DNA of 64,000 bases, from assembly GCF_018977255.1 (NCBI RefSeq), contig NW_024704742.1, positions 17,548,001 through 17,612,000 of the forward strand, given 5' to 3'. Shown here piece by piece: positions 25,142 through 37,320 of this stretch. The notes beneath the pieces were generated by a model. It had not been told where the DNA came from, did no database searches, and was given only the letters and a program-made list of their open reading frames with translations. This DNA is from Callorhinchus milii (taxonomy: Eukaryota). The translations under genes and the position numbers were made by a program. How positions within the stretch are numbered: the stretch's first letter is position 1; the number at the start of each line of letters is the position of its first letter.

Positions 25142-27131
25142 ATTAAGGACGTTCCGAAATGTTACATAAATACATTAAATCTAAGTCCAGGTGGGTCTAC
25201 TCTACTGTATTTTCTCCCCGAATATCCCGATATATTTCTACTGCTAGATGTCACTACTGCGATTCACAGCGACTTTATAGTACGCTGGATTAACTATTGC
25301 CACAGCAGAAAGATCAGTTGGCAACAATGGAGCATTGGCACTACATTGCCTTTTAACAGCAATCCTTTTCTTGGGTTTCTGAATGTCTGTCTACTTATCT
25401 GGATTATGATGCATTGATTTGCTAGCTGCACACTACTCAAAGGAATGTAAATACTAAGATGCACATTGAGGAATTTATATTGGAGTGAACATTTTGCTAC
25501 AATGTTATGTTGGTGACAAATACTGGATCTCTTGCTGCTTCCATTCCTTGTCGACCAATGTGGCCTAACCCGAGCTTGTTCTCTGCCATAATGTGCCTGC
25601 CTTCTTTTTTAAATAAATGTTTACTGCAGAAAATAAAGTGTAAGTAGGACAAGGTATGAAACCACACAACTCCAAGTTTTTTTTCAATTTACAGAAACTC
25701 TGGTTGTTAATAAGACCCAAGTGGTCCGTTGTCATGGTACTATTGACCCTTATTAATCCAGAAGACTTGTCAAGACAGCACAGGTTCCCATTGACATGTT
25801 TGTAATTAGCAGAGAACTGGTAATAAGATTCTTTCTCTGATTACCCTTGAAATTGAAATTCAGATTTCTCTACCAGGTAGTTAAATTCTGTGTGAAATGG
25901 CACATCTTGTCTTGAATTTTGATTTTACACATAAAATTTATGAAAATTAGATGTGTGAAAAAAATGCCCAACCTTTTAGTGACTGAGTTCCTTTCTCCTC
26001 AACTGCACATGTTTATTCAGTGAACGATACTTCATTTTAACACAGCTTGACCCAGCGTTGAAATATCTGTCTGAAACAAGGATATCTTTGTGCCACGGCT
26101 ATTGTTAAATTGCATTTGTGAATTATCAGGGTGCCGTTTCACATTTCAGGGGAAAAAAAGACACCTTCTTGTTGACAAATGTTTGCAGTGCAAATTGCAA
26201 CTGTGCCCCTCCTGAGGAATGTGACAGTAGAAAAGCATCTCAGGTCCACGGTTACATCAGCTTGTCAGATTGTTGCAAAATAATTAGCTGCTGTGTATTC
26301 TGTGCTGCACATCTTCGTCAGTTTCTGTGGAGCTGGTCACCAATGCTCGAGGGGAGCTCCTGGGGGCATACAATACACACAATATTTTTAGAACTGGCTT
26401 TTACATCTGCCCTGTTCTCTCTCACAAATAAGTCGGAATAATCTGTGAATCTGTGTTTTTTGTGCATTGTTGTTCGTCTTAACTGTGTAGCTTTGAGCTA
26501 AATTTAAAGCTGGCACTAGGCCAGCACAGATCTAAGCAACTCAAATAAGAAAATTCAATATTCTTTTGCATTACGAGAGATACCGGGGATGTGGTTTAGC
26601 TGAAAATAAGCTTATGTCAATCAATATACAAGGAACCAGCGGAACAAAACACATTATTATATTGTGTGCTGCATTGTTTCCAACATGTACTGATTTGTTC
26701 CAACCTGTGTGATAGCAGCATTGTGAATAGTTTCTACAAGATACATTCCTCGTGATGGTCTGGCAGAATGCACAAAGGAGATTGTTGTCTGGTTGTTAAG
26801 TTTAGCGACCTCACCATTGTGAATCTGTTGCTGCTAAGGCTGGTAAATGTACCAAAGAATGAAGAGTCACCCGTCTATGCTCTGGTGTATTCTGTTACTT
26901 TATTTTTGCTTGTGGAAAAGCAAAATAAACGTTCGTATTAATCTTTTGGGAGATTTCAATAACTAGGGGGTCTAAATTCCTGCTGTCTGCACTCTCCAGC
27001 CTGGAGATCCACTTGAGCCCATCCATTGTCATTGAGTCAGGAGAGTTCATGCCCATGTTGGGATCTTTAGTTAATAATTGTCTCACCGCATTTGTATGCA
27101 ATAGTATACAAATTATCACGTGATTTGTTAT

Positions 27132-27292
27132 GTCACCCTGGGTGTCCGACACATGCAGAAACCCATCACCGTGCATAAGAGTATCGACACCAGACTGAGA
27201 GTTCCACGTATGCCACCTACATGTAGAAATTTCTCTTGTCTGAAATGGGATGTGCACTCTCTCCCTGGAGGGAGACACTCTGCTTATCTGTT
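27132..27292. mobile_element. Unclassified element C, truncated copy
   Basis: gggtgtccgacacatgcagaaacccatcacc…ctctctccctggaggga shared with 29660, 41007 and 56266. Confidence 0.85.
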
Positions 27293-29659
27293 TCTGGTGA
27301 GCAGGTGAAGGCCAAATAGGTCTGACAAGCCTGTCATTTTTTAAAAATTCTATCTCATCCTCAAGCTTTACGTTCTTTTAAGAAAAGAAAGTGAAAGAAA
27401 AAAAAAGGGTTAGGTTGAGACAAACAGGCATGTTATTTTGAGCTGTCTTTCAATCTAGCCTGGAGAACAAGGATGACAGTGCTGACTGCTCTGTCGTGCT
27501 GGAAATACTTACTGAGTGCACTGTGCACTCAGCACAAACCGAGCTTTAGGGCAAAGCACTTATAGAGTAACGTCCAATAGACTTTTCACAAATACCCATA
27601 ATATTTGTGGGGTTGAATAATACATTAATGGTTGCACAAGGAGTATCCCATTTTTATTTCTCTGTGCATGCTTTTAAGGGAGAAGGGATAAGAATCCTTA
27701 CAATTTGTATTTTCCTTCCACAAGAAACCATATTTTTATATTTGTTCACCTCTTGTACTTGTGTCAGTTCTATTGACTCACTTCTGAGCTTCACAGGTTA
27801 TATTGCCTATGTGTATTGATTTGGCTAAATGTATGTATAAATTGATGTATGTTTCAGAGTTAGATCGGTTGTGCTCCCACAGTTTCTGTGTTGAATATAG
27901 TGCCCAGGGCCGATTTGTATCCCTCCCGCAATCCTGAATTTAGTGGCTGCTATTTCATTTTGAATTACTACGATTAGTGGATTTTTTCCTTGATGTAATA
28001 TAGTAATACAGTACACAGCCAAGAATAGAAAACACAGCTTCGAGCTCCCCCCAATGGCTCAGCAAGTGTATCCAGTGATACTGATGCTGACACTGAGCTG
28101 TATCATGTAGACCAGAAAGTCTTATGTTAGCTCCTTAAGGTAATATCTGGAGCAGAATTAAGGGCTAAGGTTGGGCTCTGACAATGCTCCAAATTAGTGA
28201 AATACTAAAGAGTAAGAAGGAACTGTAGAACCTCACCTGTTAGAAGAAAGTTGAGAAGACAAAGCTGGAAGAATGTCATGATCCTAATGTCTTTGGAAAA
28301 GCAGTCATATATTTGGGGGGATAATATTCTTAATTATTGTTTAAGACATTTTGTTCTTTATTGTGGCCAGGGATAGTTAACTCAATGTGTTTCGGAATAA
28401 AACAATGTTGCCCCTTTGTCAATGAGCTTAATTCATTTTTATTTGGGTGGAAACTTTGCTGAGAGAGAGGCTAAATCAGGCAGATTTCGTATCCGTGAGA
28501 TCCCATCTTGTTGTGGAAGGGTCTTCCATAGATTTTCCCTATCAAAAGTGGATTTCATGGGTTGGCACCTTCATGATTGTCTGACCGACCCTTTCCCCAT
28601 TTAAGGACTCAGACTGGATATTCAGGGACTGATTTTTTCAGGCAGGCTGGGCTTTACAATGGAACTAAGGAGGATCCACTGTCTTAAGCGTAGTGACTCT
28701 GTAACTGTAGTGAACGCAGAAGTCAGTTTGTACACAGCAAAGTCCACAAACAGCCAGGAGGAGAATAACCAATTTATCTGGAGGAATGTTGGTCAGAACA
28801 TTGGGAAAAACTCTCTTCTCTTTCCAAATAGTGACAAGGGTTCTTTAAATGATCATCTGAACAGGCAGATAAGGCCTCGGTGCAACATCTCATCCAAAGA
28901 ATGGCAACTCCAACAATGTAATGATCTGGGAGTTGCAGGTGCAATACAGGCTAAACTTCTGTGACAAACTCGAGGGTAAGTGTCACACCCTTCGACAGTC
29001 TTTAGTTATCGACTGCCTCAATGAATGCTTTAATCAACAATGAGATAATTAACACCAGTGATAATTAACACATCACACAGGTCACTATTTTCAGCACGGG
29101 AATCAAAGTCTGCCTCATAACCCATTTTAGCACATTGTTTTAAAATAGCAGATATTCCTCATGAGTGCCCATTACCTTTTAACTGAAGCAACTGAAGACC
29201 ATAATAATATTAATTAATTTAAAAGTCCTTTGCCTGAAACTATTCCCATTTTTTATTAGAGGTTATTATTAGGTTATTGCTGGGAATTAATGATGTTCTG
29301 TGCATTGAAAGTATGATCTTTCACCTCTATAATCTTTAACAAGTTGCTTATAACTGAACCCAAAGGAGTTATTTATATAAGCTTGTTAACAGTTATGCTG
29401 CTAGTATTGTATGGGTGACTCTTACTCCAATTCTTTATCTGTGGCCACTTAAATAATCCTTGTCTTTTATTTAGTGCTTATAATGTCAAACACTTCAAGG
29501 AGATTCAACGGTAATTGCTGTCGAGTGTAATGACTGTGTATTTGTAGGCAAACAAGGTCACCCACTATGTGCACACCAATGCCCCACCAACAGCCATGAA
29601 TAGCCAATTTATTTAACGTTCACTGGGATACAAGGAGAAATTCCCTTCTCTTTTTTTTT

Positions 29660-30092
29660 GGTCAGCCAGGTGTCTGACACATGCAGAAACCCATCACCAC
29701 TCTTAAGAGTATCCAAACCGAACTGAGATTTCCATGTATCCCACTACACGTGGAAATCCCAGAGATAGCTTGTTGGAATGGAATGCACACTCTCTCCCTG
29801 GAGGGACACATCCTGCTTACCTAATTCCAGAAAGTATTAGGCGCAGGTTGGCAAAAGCCAAGGCTTGGTGACCCCAGAGTGTGTGTTGAGGTACAGCTGG
29901 AGTCTAACCCGCTAAAATCGTATTGACTCCTTGCCCCCAGTGCTTGGATGTACTGACATCAGCAGTGCCCTGGAATACTGTGGACCCGCCTGGCTTAGGA
30001 ATCTGACTACCGAGACAACCAGAGGGCTGGCTCGATTCCGACATTCCGTTGTCAGGCATGTCTTGGAGCCAGTTGAGCCCCAAGGAGACCCC
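29660..30092. mobile_element. Unclassified element C, internally deleted copy nested in a family B SINE
   Basis: Shares both ends with 41007-41566 and 56266-56800; the host SINE (ttcccttctc|…ttttgaatagtgcc) resumes after it. Confidence 0.88.
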
Positions 30093-31599
30093 TCTTAATT
30101 CACTTTTTGAATAGTGCCGTGGCGTTATTGACGTCCACCTGCATATATAGACGGAACCTCGTTTTAACATCTCCTCTGAACGATGACACCTCTAACAATG
30201 TGGCGCTCTCCCAGCTCTGCATTAGAGTTACATTCGGCCAGGACTTTGGAGCCCTTTAAACAGCACGCTCTGCTTGGATTAACCATGGAGACTATTACCT
30301 CAAATCTATTTCCTGAAGGTTTAATAACTGAGCAACTCTTTTGCAAGCACGAATACTTTTAGGTGTGTTAGCACCGTATTGTCAATCTCTAAAATGGCTA
30401 ACTGCTTTTCTTGTAGATCTTAAATGAATTGTTTTTCGTAACATATCTTGTTTAAACATATCTCATTTCTAAAACTAAAGCTGACTGATTATATTAATGC
30501 TGGTGTGAGGGCGGCTAATTGCAAGGCTCTAGTAATTCCTACTTGAATTGGAGGCACTGTGTTGGATTTAATTTGCCCAATCGATTTCAGCAGTGAAAGA
30601 ACATTTAAGCTGTGATGGCTCTCTGTGTTGTCATTAGCTAACAAATTGAAGCTGAAGATAAATGATTCTCTTGGTAATAACTCCAAGATTACTCGTCCCC
30701 GGTTCCGCTGGCTGCCAGCGAAGCTGCTATTGTTTGCAATGCTTTCGGTTCAGATAAATAACCAGCTTTGAGCCATGGAACAAGCAGCGATTGTTTCCAC
30801 ACTGGGGCTGATGTGCTGACAGGCAGAGCCGGGGCTGATAATTAATTGACCAGAGCGGGCCAGGCTGCCCTAACTAAATACATTTTCCCAGCCGCCCTTT
30901 CATCATGTGCTAGTTAAATTCTGGCTAGCGGGACATGTTGCCTCTTGTATCTTTTATTACCCCTCCCCCAACCCTTCCAACTCTGTGCCTGAAAGCCTTT
31001 GCTTAAATGATGAATTATCTGAGTTAGTTTGTGTGCATGGCAATGGAGGTCTCTTTTCATTCATGAGGATTCGCCATCCTGTTAGAATCACTGGAGTTGG
31101 AAGACGGTCACTGTCTTTTATCAGCTTGGTTACTAGTCGTGTGACACCGGTATCTCCGCCCAATCTCACCTGTCTATTCAAGTTCAGCGCAAGGCATGAA
31201 TAGTGGACAGGAAGCACTGCTTTCAGTTCTGTGCTCTTCAGGCTGTGGAGTCAACTGCTCAGAAGGCACAGCCAGACTGTAAACAGTGATAGTATTGACT
31301 CCCTGACCAATGACGTTCACTGTGGGAAAACAATTGAAAAGTGAAATAATCTTGTATTCAGGACCTCTGCCGCTGTACTTAGTTACAAGCCTGGATCATT
31401 ACAGATCCCAGCAATAGCAATAATAATTATTGCATTTGATATTGCACCTTATCACATAGTTGAATGAGAAGGCATGTGTCCGATTATAATAGATAATAAT
31501 CCATATGTTTGATATATCGTCTTTCACATCAGAAGGACATTGCAAAGCCATCACAGGGTTTACTATTATAGCGACTATGTATTTTGTAGCTGAACACAG

Positions 31600-33555
31600 T
31601 TTGAACGCAGCCGCCGACTGCACCTGGCTCAAATCTGATCTTATGGTCCACCGGCAGATCTGGATGGATCACATCACAACGTACTGCTCCACCCTTGCCT
31701 CCACCAAATCGTCCTTCTACTCCAAGGTGATCTGGAGGTGAACGTCAACCCCAGGTTCCTATTCTCTACCACCATCCGGCTCCTCCGTCCACCCTCCCAC
31801 TCCTCGCCCACTCTCTTCTCAAACTCTGACTGTGAGGAGATGCTGGATTTCCTCGAGTACAAAATCGAGGGGATCCATTCAGCTGCCTCCACCCTCCCAA
31901 CTGCCATTCCCTCCCCATCTCCCCCCGACACTCCAAACCCTATCCACCACTCCCTCCACATCGTCAAACCTGTCTCCCGCTCCTCCCTCATCACCACCAT
32001 ATCCAGCATGAAACACACCACCTGCTCCCTTGACCCCATCCCCACCCTTTTCCTTACTTCCCAGCTCCACTTCCTCTCCCCTCTACTCTCCAACACCATC
32101 AATCTCTACATATCATCCAGCATGGTTCCCACCCCCTAAAACAGCTATGATCACCCCCATCCTGAAGAAACCTTCCCTTGACCCATCCCTGCTTTCTAAC
32201 TACCAGCCCATCTCCAACCTCCGTTTTCTTTCCAAGGTCCTTGAAAGAGTCATTGCTTCCTAGCTTCACTGTTTCCTCTCCTACCACTCCCTTCATGATC
32301 CCCCTCCAATTGTGTTTCCATGCTGTTCCCTCTGCCTCCTCGACCTGTCTGCTGCCTTCGATACCGTGAACCACTCCATCCTCCTCCACCACCTCTCACC
32401 TCAACCTTCATAGTTCTGTCCTTGAATGGTTCAGGTCACTCACACCATCTCCAATTTGTCTCCCCCAACGGTTTCTCTTTTAGCCCCTGCACAGTCTTGT
32501 GTGGTGTTTCTCAGGGCACTATCCTCGGTCCCCTTCTCTTTAACCTCTATATGCTCCCACTTGGTGATATCATCCGCAGACATGGGGTCAACTTCCACAT
32601 GTACGCGGATGATGCCCAACTCTATCTCTGCCTCCACCCTCGATTCCAGGACAAATGACATCCTGACAGACTGTCTGTCAGACATCAAGTCCTGGAATTG
32701 TTTTCCTACAGCTGAATGTCAGCAAGACCGAGGCCTTTCTGATAGGCTTATGCCAGCGCCTCCGGACCTCAGGTACTGGCAACATCAGCATCCATGGATG
32801 CACACTCCACCTCACCAAGCCAGTCAGGAATCTGCGCATCTTGTTCGACCCTCAACTGTTCTTTCTCCCCTATCTCCGTGCCATGAGCCACTCTGCATTC
32901 CCCCAACTTCACAACATTGCCCAACTCACCCCTCAGGCCACCAAAACCCTCATAGATGCAATCGTCACCTCAAGGCTTGACTATGCAAACTTCCTCCGTG
33001 TCGGCTTCCCCAACTCTTCCCTCCACAAGCTGCAGATCATCCAGAATCCTGCAGCTCATGCCCTCTCCCGCACCAAACTCCATGACCCCATCATCCCCAC
33101 CCTCGCCCGACTCCACTGGTTCCCCATCCCTCAGAAGATAAAATTCAAAATCCTCGTCCTCACTTAAAAAACCCTCCATGGCCTTGCCCCCTCCTACCTC
33201 TCTGACCTGCTAACCCCCTATTAACCTCTCCGCTCCCTCCATTCAGCAAGCTCCGGCCTGCTCCAGATCTCCCGACCTGCCCTAACATCGGCGGCCGGAC
33301 TCTCAACCTCTCTTCCTCCACCCTTTGGAACTCCATCCCACAATCCCTTTGCTTTGCTCCCTCCCTTGTCTCCTTCAAGCCACGACTCAAGACCCTCCTT
33401 GTTGACTGTGCCTTCAGCCACCCTCCTACTTCTCTGCCCTCCCTCAACCCAACCCTGCCCCCTATGCTCGGGTCCTGATCCCTGACTGTTCAGAGCCTTG
33501 GGACATCCTCTCAACGTGAAAGGCGCTTTACAAATGTAATTTTGTTGTTGTTGTT
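31600..33555 (+). mobile_element. L2 LINE, ~2 kb 5'-truncated, degenerate reverse transcriptase
   Basis: [41 protein letters not shown] (32602-32613), SRLDYAN, LHWFPI; frameshifts and stops; (TTG)n tail. Confidence 0.95.
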
Positions 33556-35254
33556 ATGCTGGATCAAGATCCTGTTGTTTTGCCTTGACTCCCTGTGGGA
33601 AGCAAAGAGAAATTCCATCTGTTTGAAACTTTTAACTACATTTCTTCACCTTCCTCAGGAAATAAAATATTGGGGAGAGTCCACGAAACAGCAAATAACA
33701 CATGGTCTGTTGGAAGAATCAAGTGCTATGGCCCAAATTGACATTCCCCATTCCATACTTTCCTGTTCTAAGTGCCCCATGGAATTGGTTTCCGTTTAGC
33801 CCCTGCGTTTTTTTTCTCTCCACGATTAGGCACTAAAAATGAGCCTGTTATTGGGGGTGATTTTCCAGTCAGTGATAAATTTATGGATCTTGGCAGTGTG
33901 AGGTTTTAATGGGAGACTCCAGCAGACATTTATGGCAGCTGAGGTCTGTAAATTTACTGTTAGTCGAAAAACACAAATATCTCAGCACAGTGATAGTCTT
34001 TTCCCTACTTGGCAGAGGCTTGGCAAATAGAGACAAAATGTTGGACTAGCATTAAGACCACAATCTTTTGGACAGGTTGGGCTTAATGGCAGTATATAAT
34101 GGACGGATCTTAATTCTGGTTCACCTGCAAATTGGTAGCACTGTCGCAAATACAGTCACTACAGTGAGAGCAATTGCCTCTGAAGCCTTTGAGACCTTTC
34201 AATATTACTGGTGCTACATTAAATTTAAGCATCATTATTAATTTATTCAGTAGCATGGAAAGGAAAGAAACAAACTGAAAATCTGTAGCTGGGAAGTCCT
34301 GTTTAGTCAATTTGAACATATAGGATGGATGATGCTTTAACTGATATTCACAACCTTATTATTAAGGTTATATTCACTGCATTATTATTTACTGGAATGA
34401 TGAGACCTATCAAGCTTAAACAATCCATTGAATGTAATATATATTTTTCGATGAACCACAGTTAATTTTCTGCTTAAGACAAATATTAATCTTGGGTTTC
34501 TGTAAACAACTGTGAGTGTGCAACACTGGATCTGTTGTCTGACCAGTGTATAGCTGAATCTTAAACACATGCCTCAAAAAGATTTTCCGTCAAATGTAGT
34601 GCTGGACTCAGTTTATGTACTGGATATAAAGAGACTGAGTGATGTGCAACACTTGGCTCAGGCATGGGTTTCTACAGCTTGTTTATTGCACAATCTCAGA
34701 GCAGCTTTGGTTTTACATCTAGAGGAAAGCAAGATGTCAGCTTAGGTACAATGGGGGACATGGGGTGGCCAAGAAGGTGAGGGAGTGGGGTAGGAGGAGG
34801 TATCTGGAAACAGAAATTGGGAATAACTATAAATGCTACAAGTTTCGTCTGACATGCTGATTTCTTCGCAAGTCCAACCTCATCCCAGTAGCGATAGAGA
34901 TTTTAGTTGCACCTCTTAATGCGGCACAATCCTCATGAAAAAATACCCAGGTGTGCATCACACCAATTGTGATCTACTTCCAGAAAGGCCGGCATAGGAC
35001 TCAAATCTGCTTACCTTAAAGATTCCTTATCTGTGACTTTGTCTATGTTCAGAAGTGAAGTGAATCACACGTAATCAGACTTCATTCTCCCTTTTATGTT
35101 CATGATAGCCGTAAAGACCAAGTAATCTTTTGTATGATGTGTGTGTGTTTTATGTGTACATATTGACTTTAGAATGGTTAATATTTGAACATGCAGAGTG
35201 GAGGAAGCTTTAAATAATATTACTGCAGTTAATAAGGTAAACTATTAATAAGAA

Positions 35255-35638
35255 ATAACCATCCTTGCATTTAATATAGTGCCTTATCAAGTCTCAAACC
35301 ACTTCACAGGATTTTACTGTAAAGTGCCTGTATATTTTGGCTTAGAAACAGCCATGAAGTGAGTGGCTGATTATGTTTAGGGGGTTGTTGGCCAGGTCAC
35401 AGGGAGAAACTCCCTTCTCTTTTCGAATAGTGCCATAGGAATTTTAACATCCACCTGAATAGACAGATGGGATCTCCGTTAATGTCTCATCCAAAGGACA
35501 GCACCTCCAATAATACAGTGGTTGCCCAGCACTGCATTGGAGTGTCATCCTGGCATATGAGTTCAATGTCCCGATGTGGAGCTTGAACTCACAACCCTTT
35601 ATTCAGAGTCGAGAGTAATACCGACTGAGCCAGGTTGA
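35255..35638 (-). mobile_element. SINE family B, near full length
   Basis: Tail, central domain (tttcgaatagtgccatagga…aatgtctcatccaaaggacagcacctcc) and head in reverse order. Confidence 0.82.
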
Positions 35639-36729
35639 TATTAGATTATTTATTGGTTCTGAAACCAGTGCAATAGATATAAAATAGAGGATAATGGGAG
35701 AAGGAGTAGACTGGTATGCAAATGCACCAATCCAATTTATTTTGATGACATCTGCAATCCCATACTTAGAGTCCCAAAGGCATTTGTCAGACAGTAGAAC
35801 AATATATAGTTCTCTATTGGACTGCTGTAATTGGTAATAAATGATAGATACGATTGAGTCACTTGACTTCTTCATGCTGAGACTAATTTTCAGCAGTGTC
35901 ATCTGAAAGGATATATAAATCTCATTAATTACTCAAGGTCTTTCATGCATAGTTGGAACCTTCATCTCTTTTGATGCATTAGGGAGAAATGAAATATCTG
36001 GCTGTTCACTGCCATCATGGTGGGGGTCCTGGCCTAGAGGAGCTGTCTGAACCCAAATGCACCAGCTGCTTTAGACAGCGTGATGTGGGGTTTGAGGAGA
36101 ACATCACAGCCAGGTGGCTGTTGCCTCTCGATTGCTGTCTAATGATTATAGATATCATCTGTACAGGGTCCCGTTCACACAATGAAAGAAAAAAAGACTA
36201 GATTGGATGCTTACTATAGAAACAGAATCTTCAGAGCTGTAACTGCAGTGCATGCTTTGGTGTGCAAACCTGCCTTGGACGCTTCAAAGACACCTACTTT
36301 TGCAAACCAAAGCGTAAAATATTGTCAAATAGTTATTATTAACGTAGACTTCGGGACTCTAAGTATGGGATTGTAGATGTCATCAGCCTTACACACAGCT
36401 GTGAAATAATTCCAACATTTTTTACATTACACTGCATAGACTAGTTGGGCTGAATTGCCTGTTTGCATGCTGTATTACTCTATGTAACATACAATGGCTC
36501 CTATTCCTGCCATAGAGGTATAGGAGTTCCTTTCAGCAGATAGTTGAGGTCACACTGTCATGAGAAAGAAAGTTGATTCTGCCCCTTTTCAAGGAATCAA
36601 TTCTCATCTTGTTAATCGTTGACACAAACCATCTGGGTGAAAAGAATTGCTACAGCTCGGAAGGACATGGGTTGCATACATTTTTCATTTTGCCCTCTCA
36701 TTCTTAACCTCAAAGAGTAGAAGTGTAGA

Positions 36730-36999
36730 GCGTTCATAAGAAGCAACACCTTCTCAGTTGAAGGAAGCGCAATGCACTGAGAGGGCCATTCAGTGATTTT
36801 ACAATGTAACACCAGTGTCCTGGTCAACAATCCTAGATAAAATTGGTCATTCTGTGGGATATTGTTGTACACAAATTGGCTGCTACATTTGCCTACAAAT
36901 GCACAGTGATTACACTTTACAATAAATTCCTGTGAAGCACTTTGAGATGTTCCATTGATATAATAAAGTGCTATATCAAATGCTGGGATTATTTATTAT
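36730..36999 (+). mobile_element. SINE family B, diverged
   Basis: gtgtcctggtcaacaatcct, aaattggctgctacatttgcc, L2-like tail. Confidence 0.65.
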
Positions 37000-37320
37000 G
37001 AGTGGGTGAGTAAATTCACTACCTGACACAACTGAGCTATTACTGAGGTAGCTGATCACATCTAGGAGTGTTAGGGGCACTGGAATCGATTTCAGTGCTT
37101 CTGGGGAAAAGTCATCTAGAGTTCCCACGCCTGTTTACTGTGCAGTGACCGCTGCTGGAAACAGTATAAATATGCATGTGGACATCAGATAGTAAAAGCA
37201 TCATGGTCAGCTATAACCACCCCTGTGCCCTCTCTCCAATTTCTTGTTGTTGTTGCTGACTCCCACTGTGTCAGCTCATATACAAAGCACAGCACTTGCT
37301 CAAAGTATTGGATTCAACAC
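37000..37320 (+). mobile_element. Old diverged SINE, family D
   Basis: tagctgatc…cagtgaccgctgctggaa…gtggacatc; similar to 61605-61780 and 3890-4110. Confidence 0.5.

Noticed and set aside
29898..29920. ctaacccgctaa as a telomerase RNA template
   Set aside because: It is not CTAACCCTAAC, it varies among the element C copies, and there is no supporting context.
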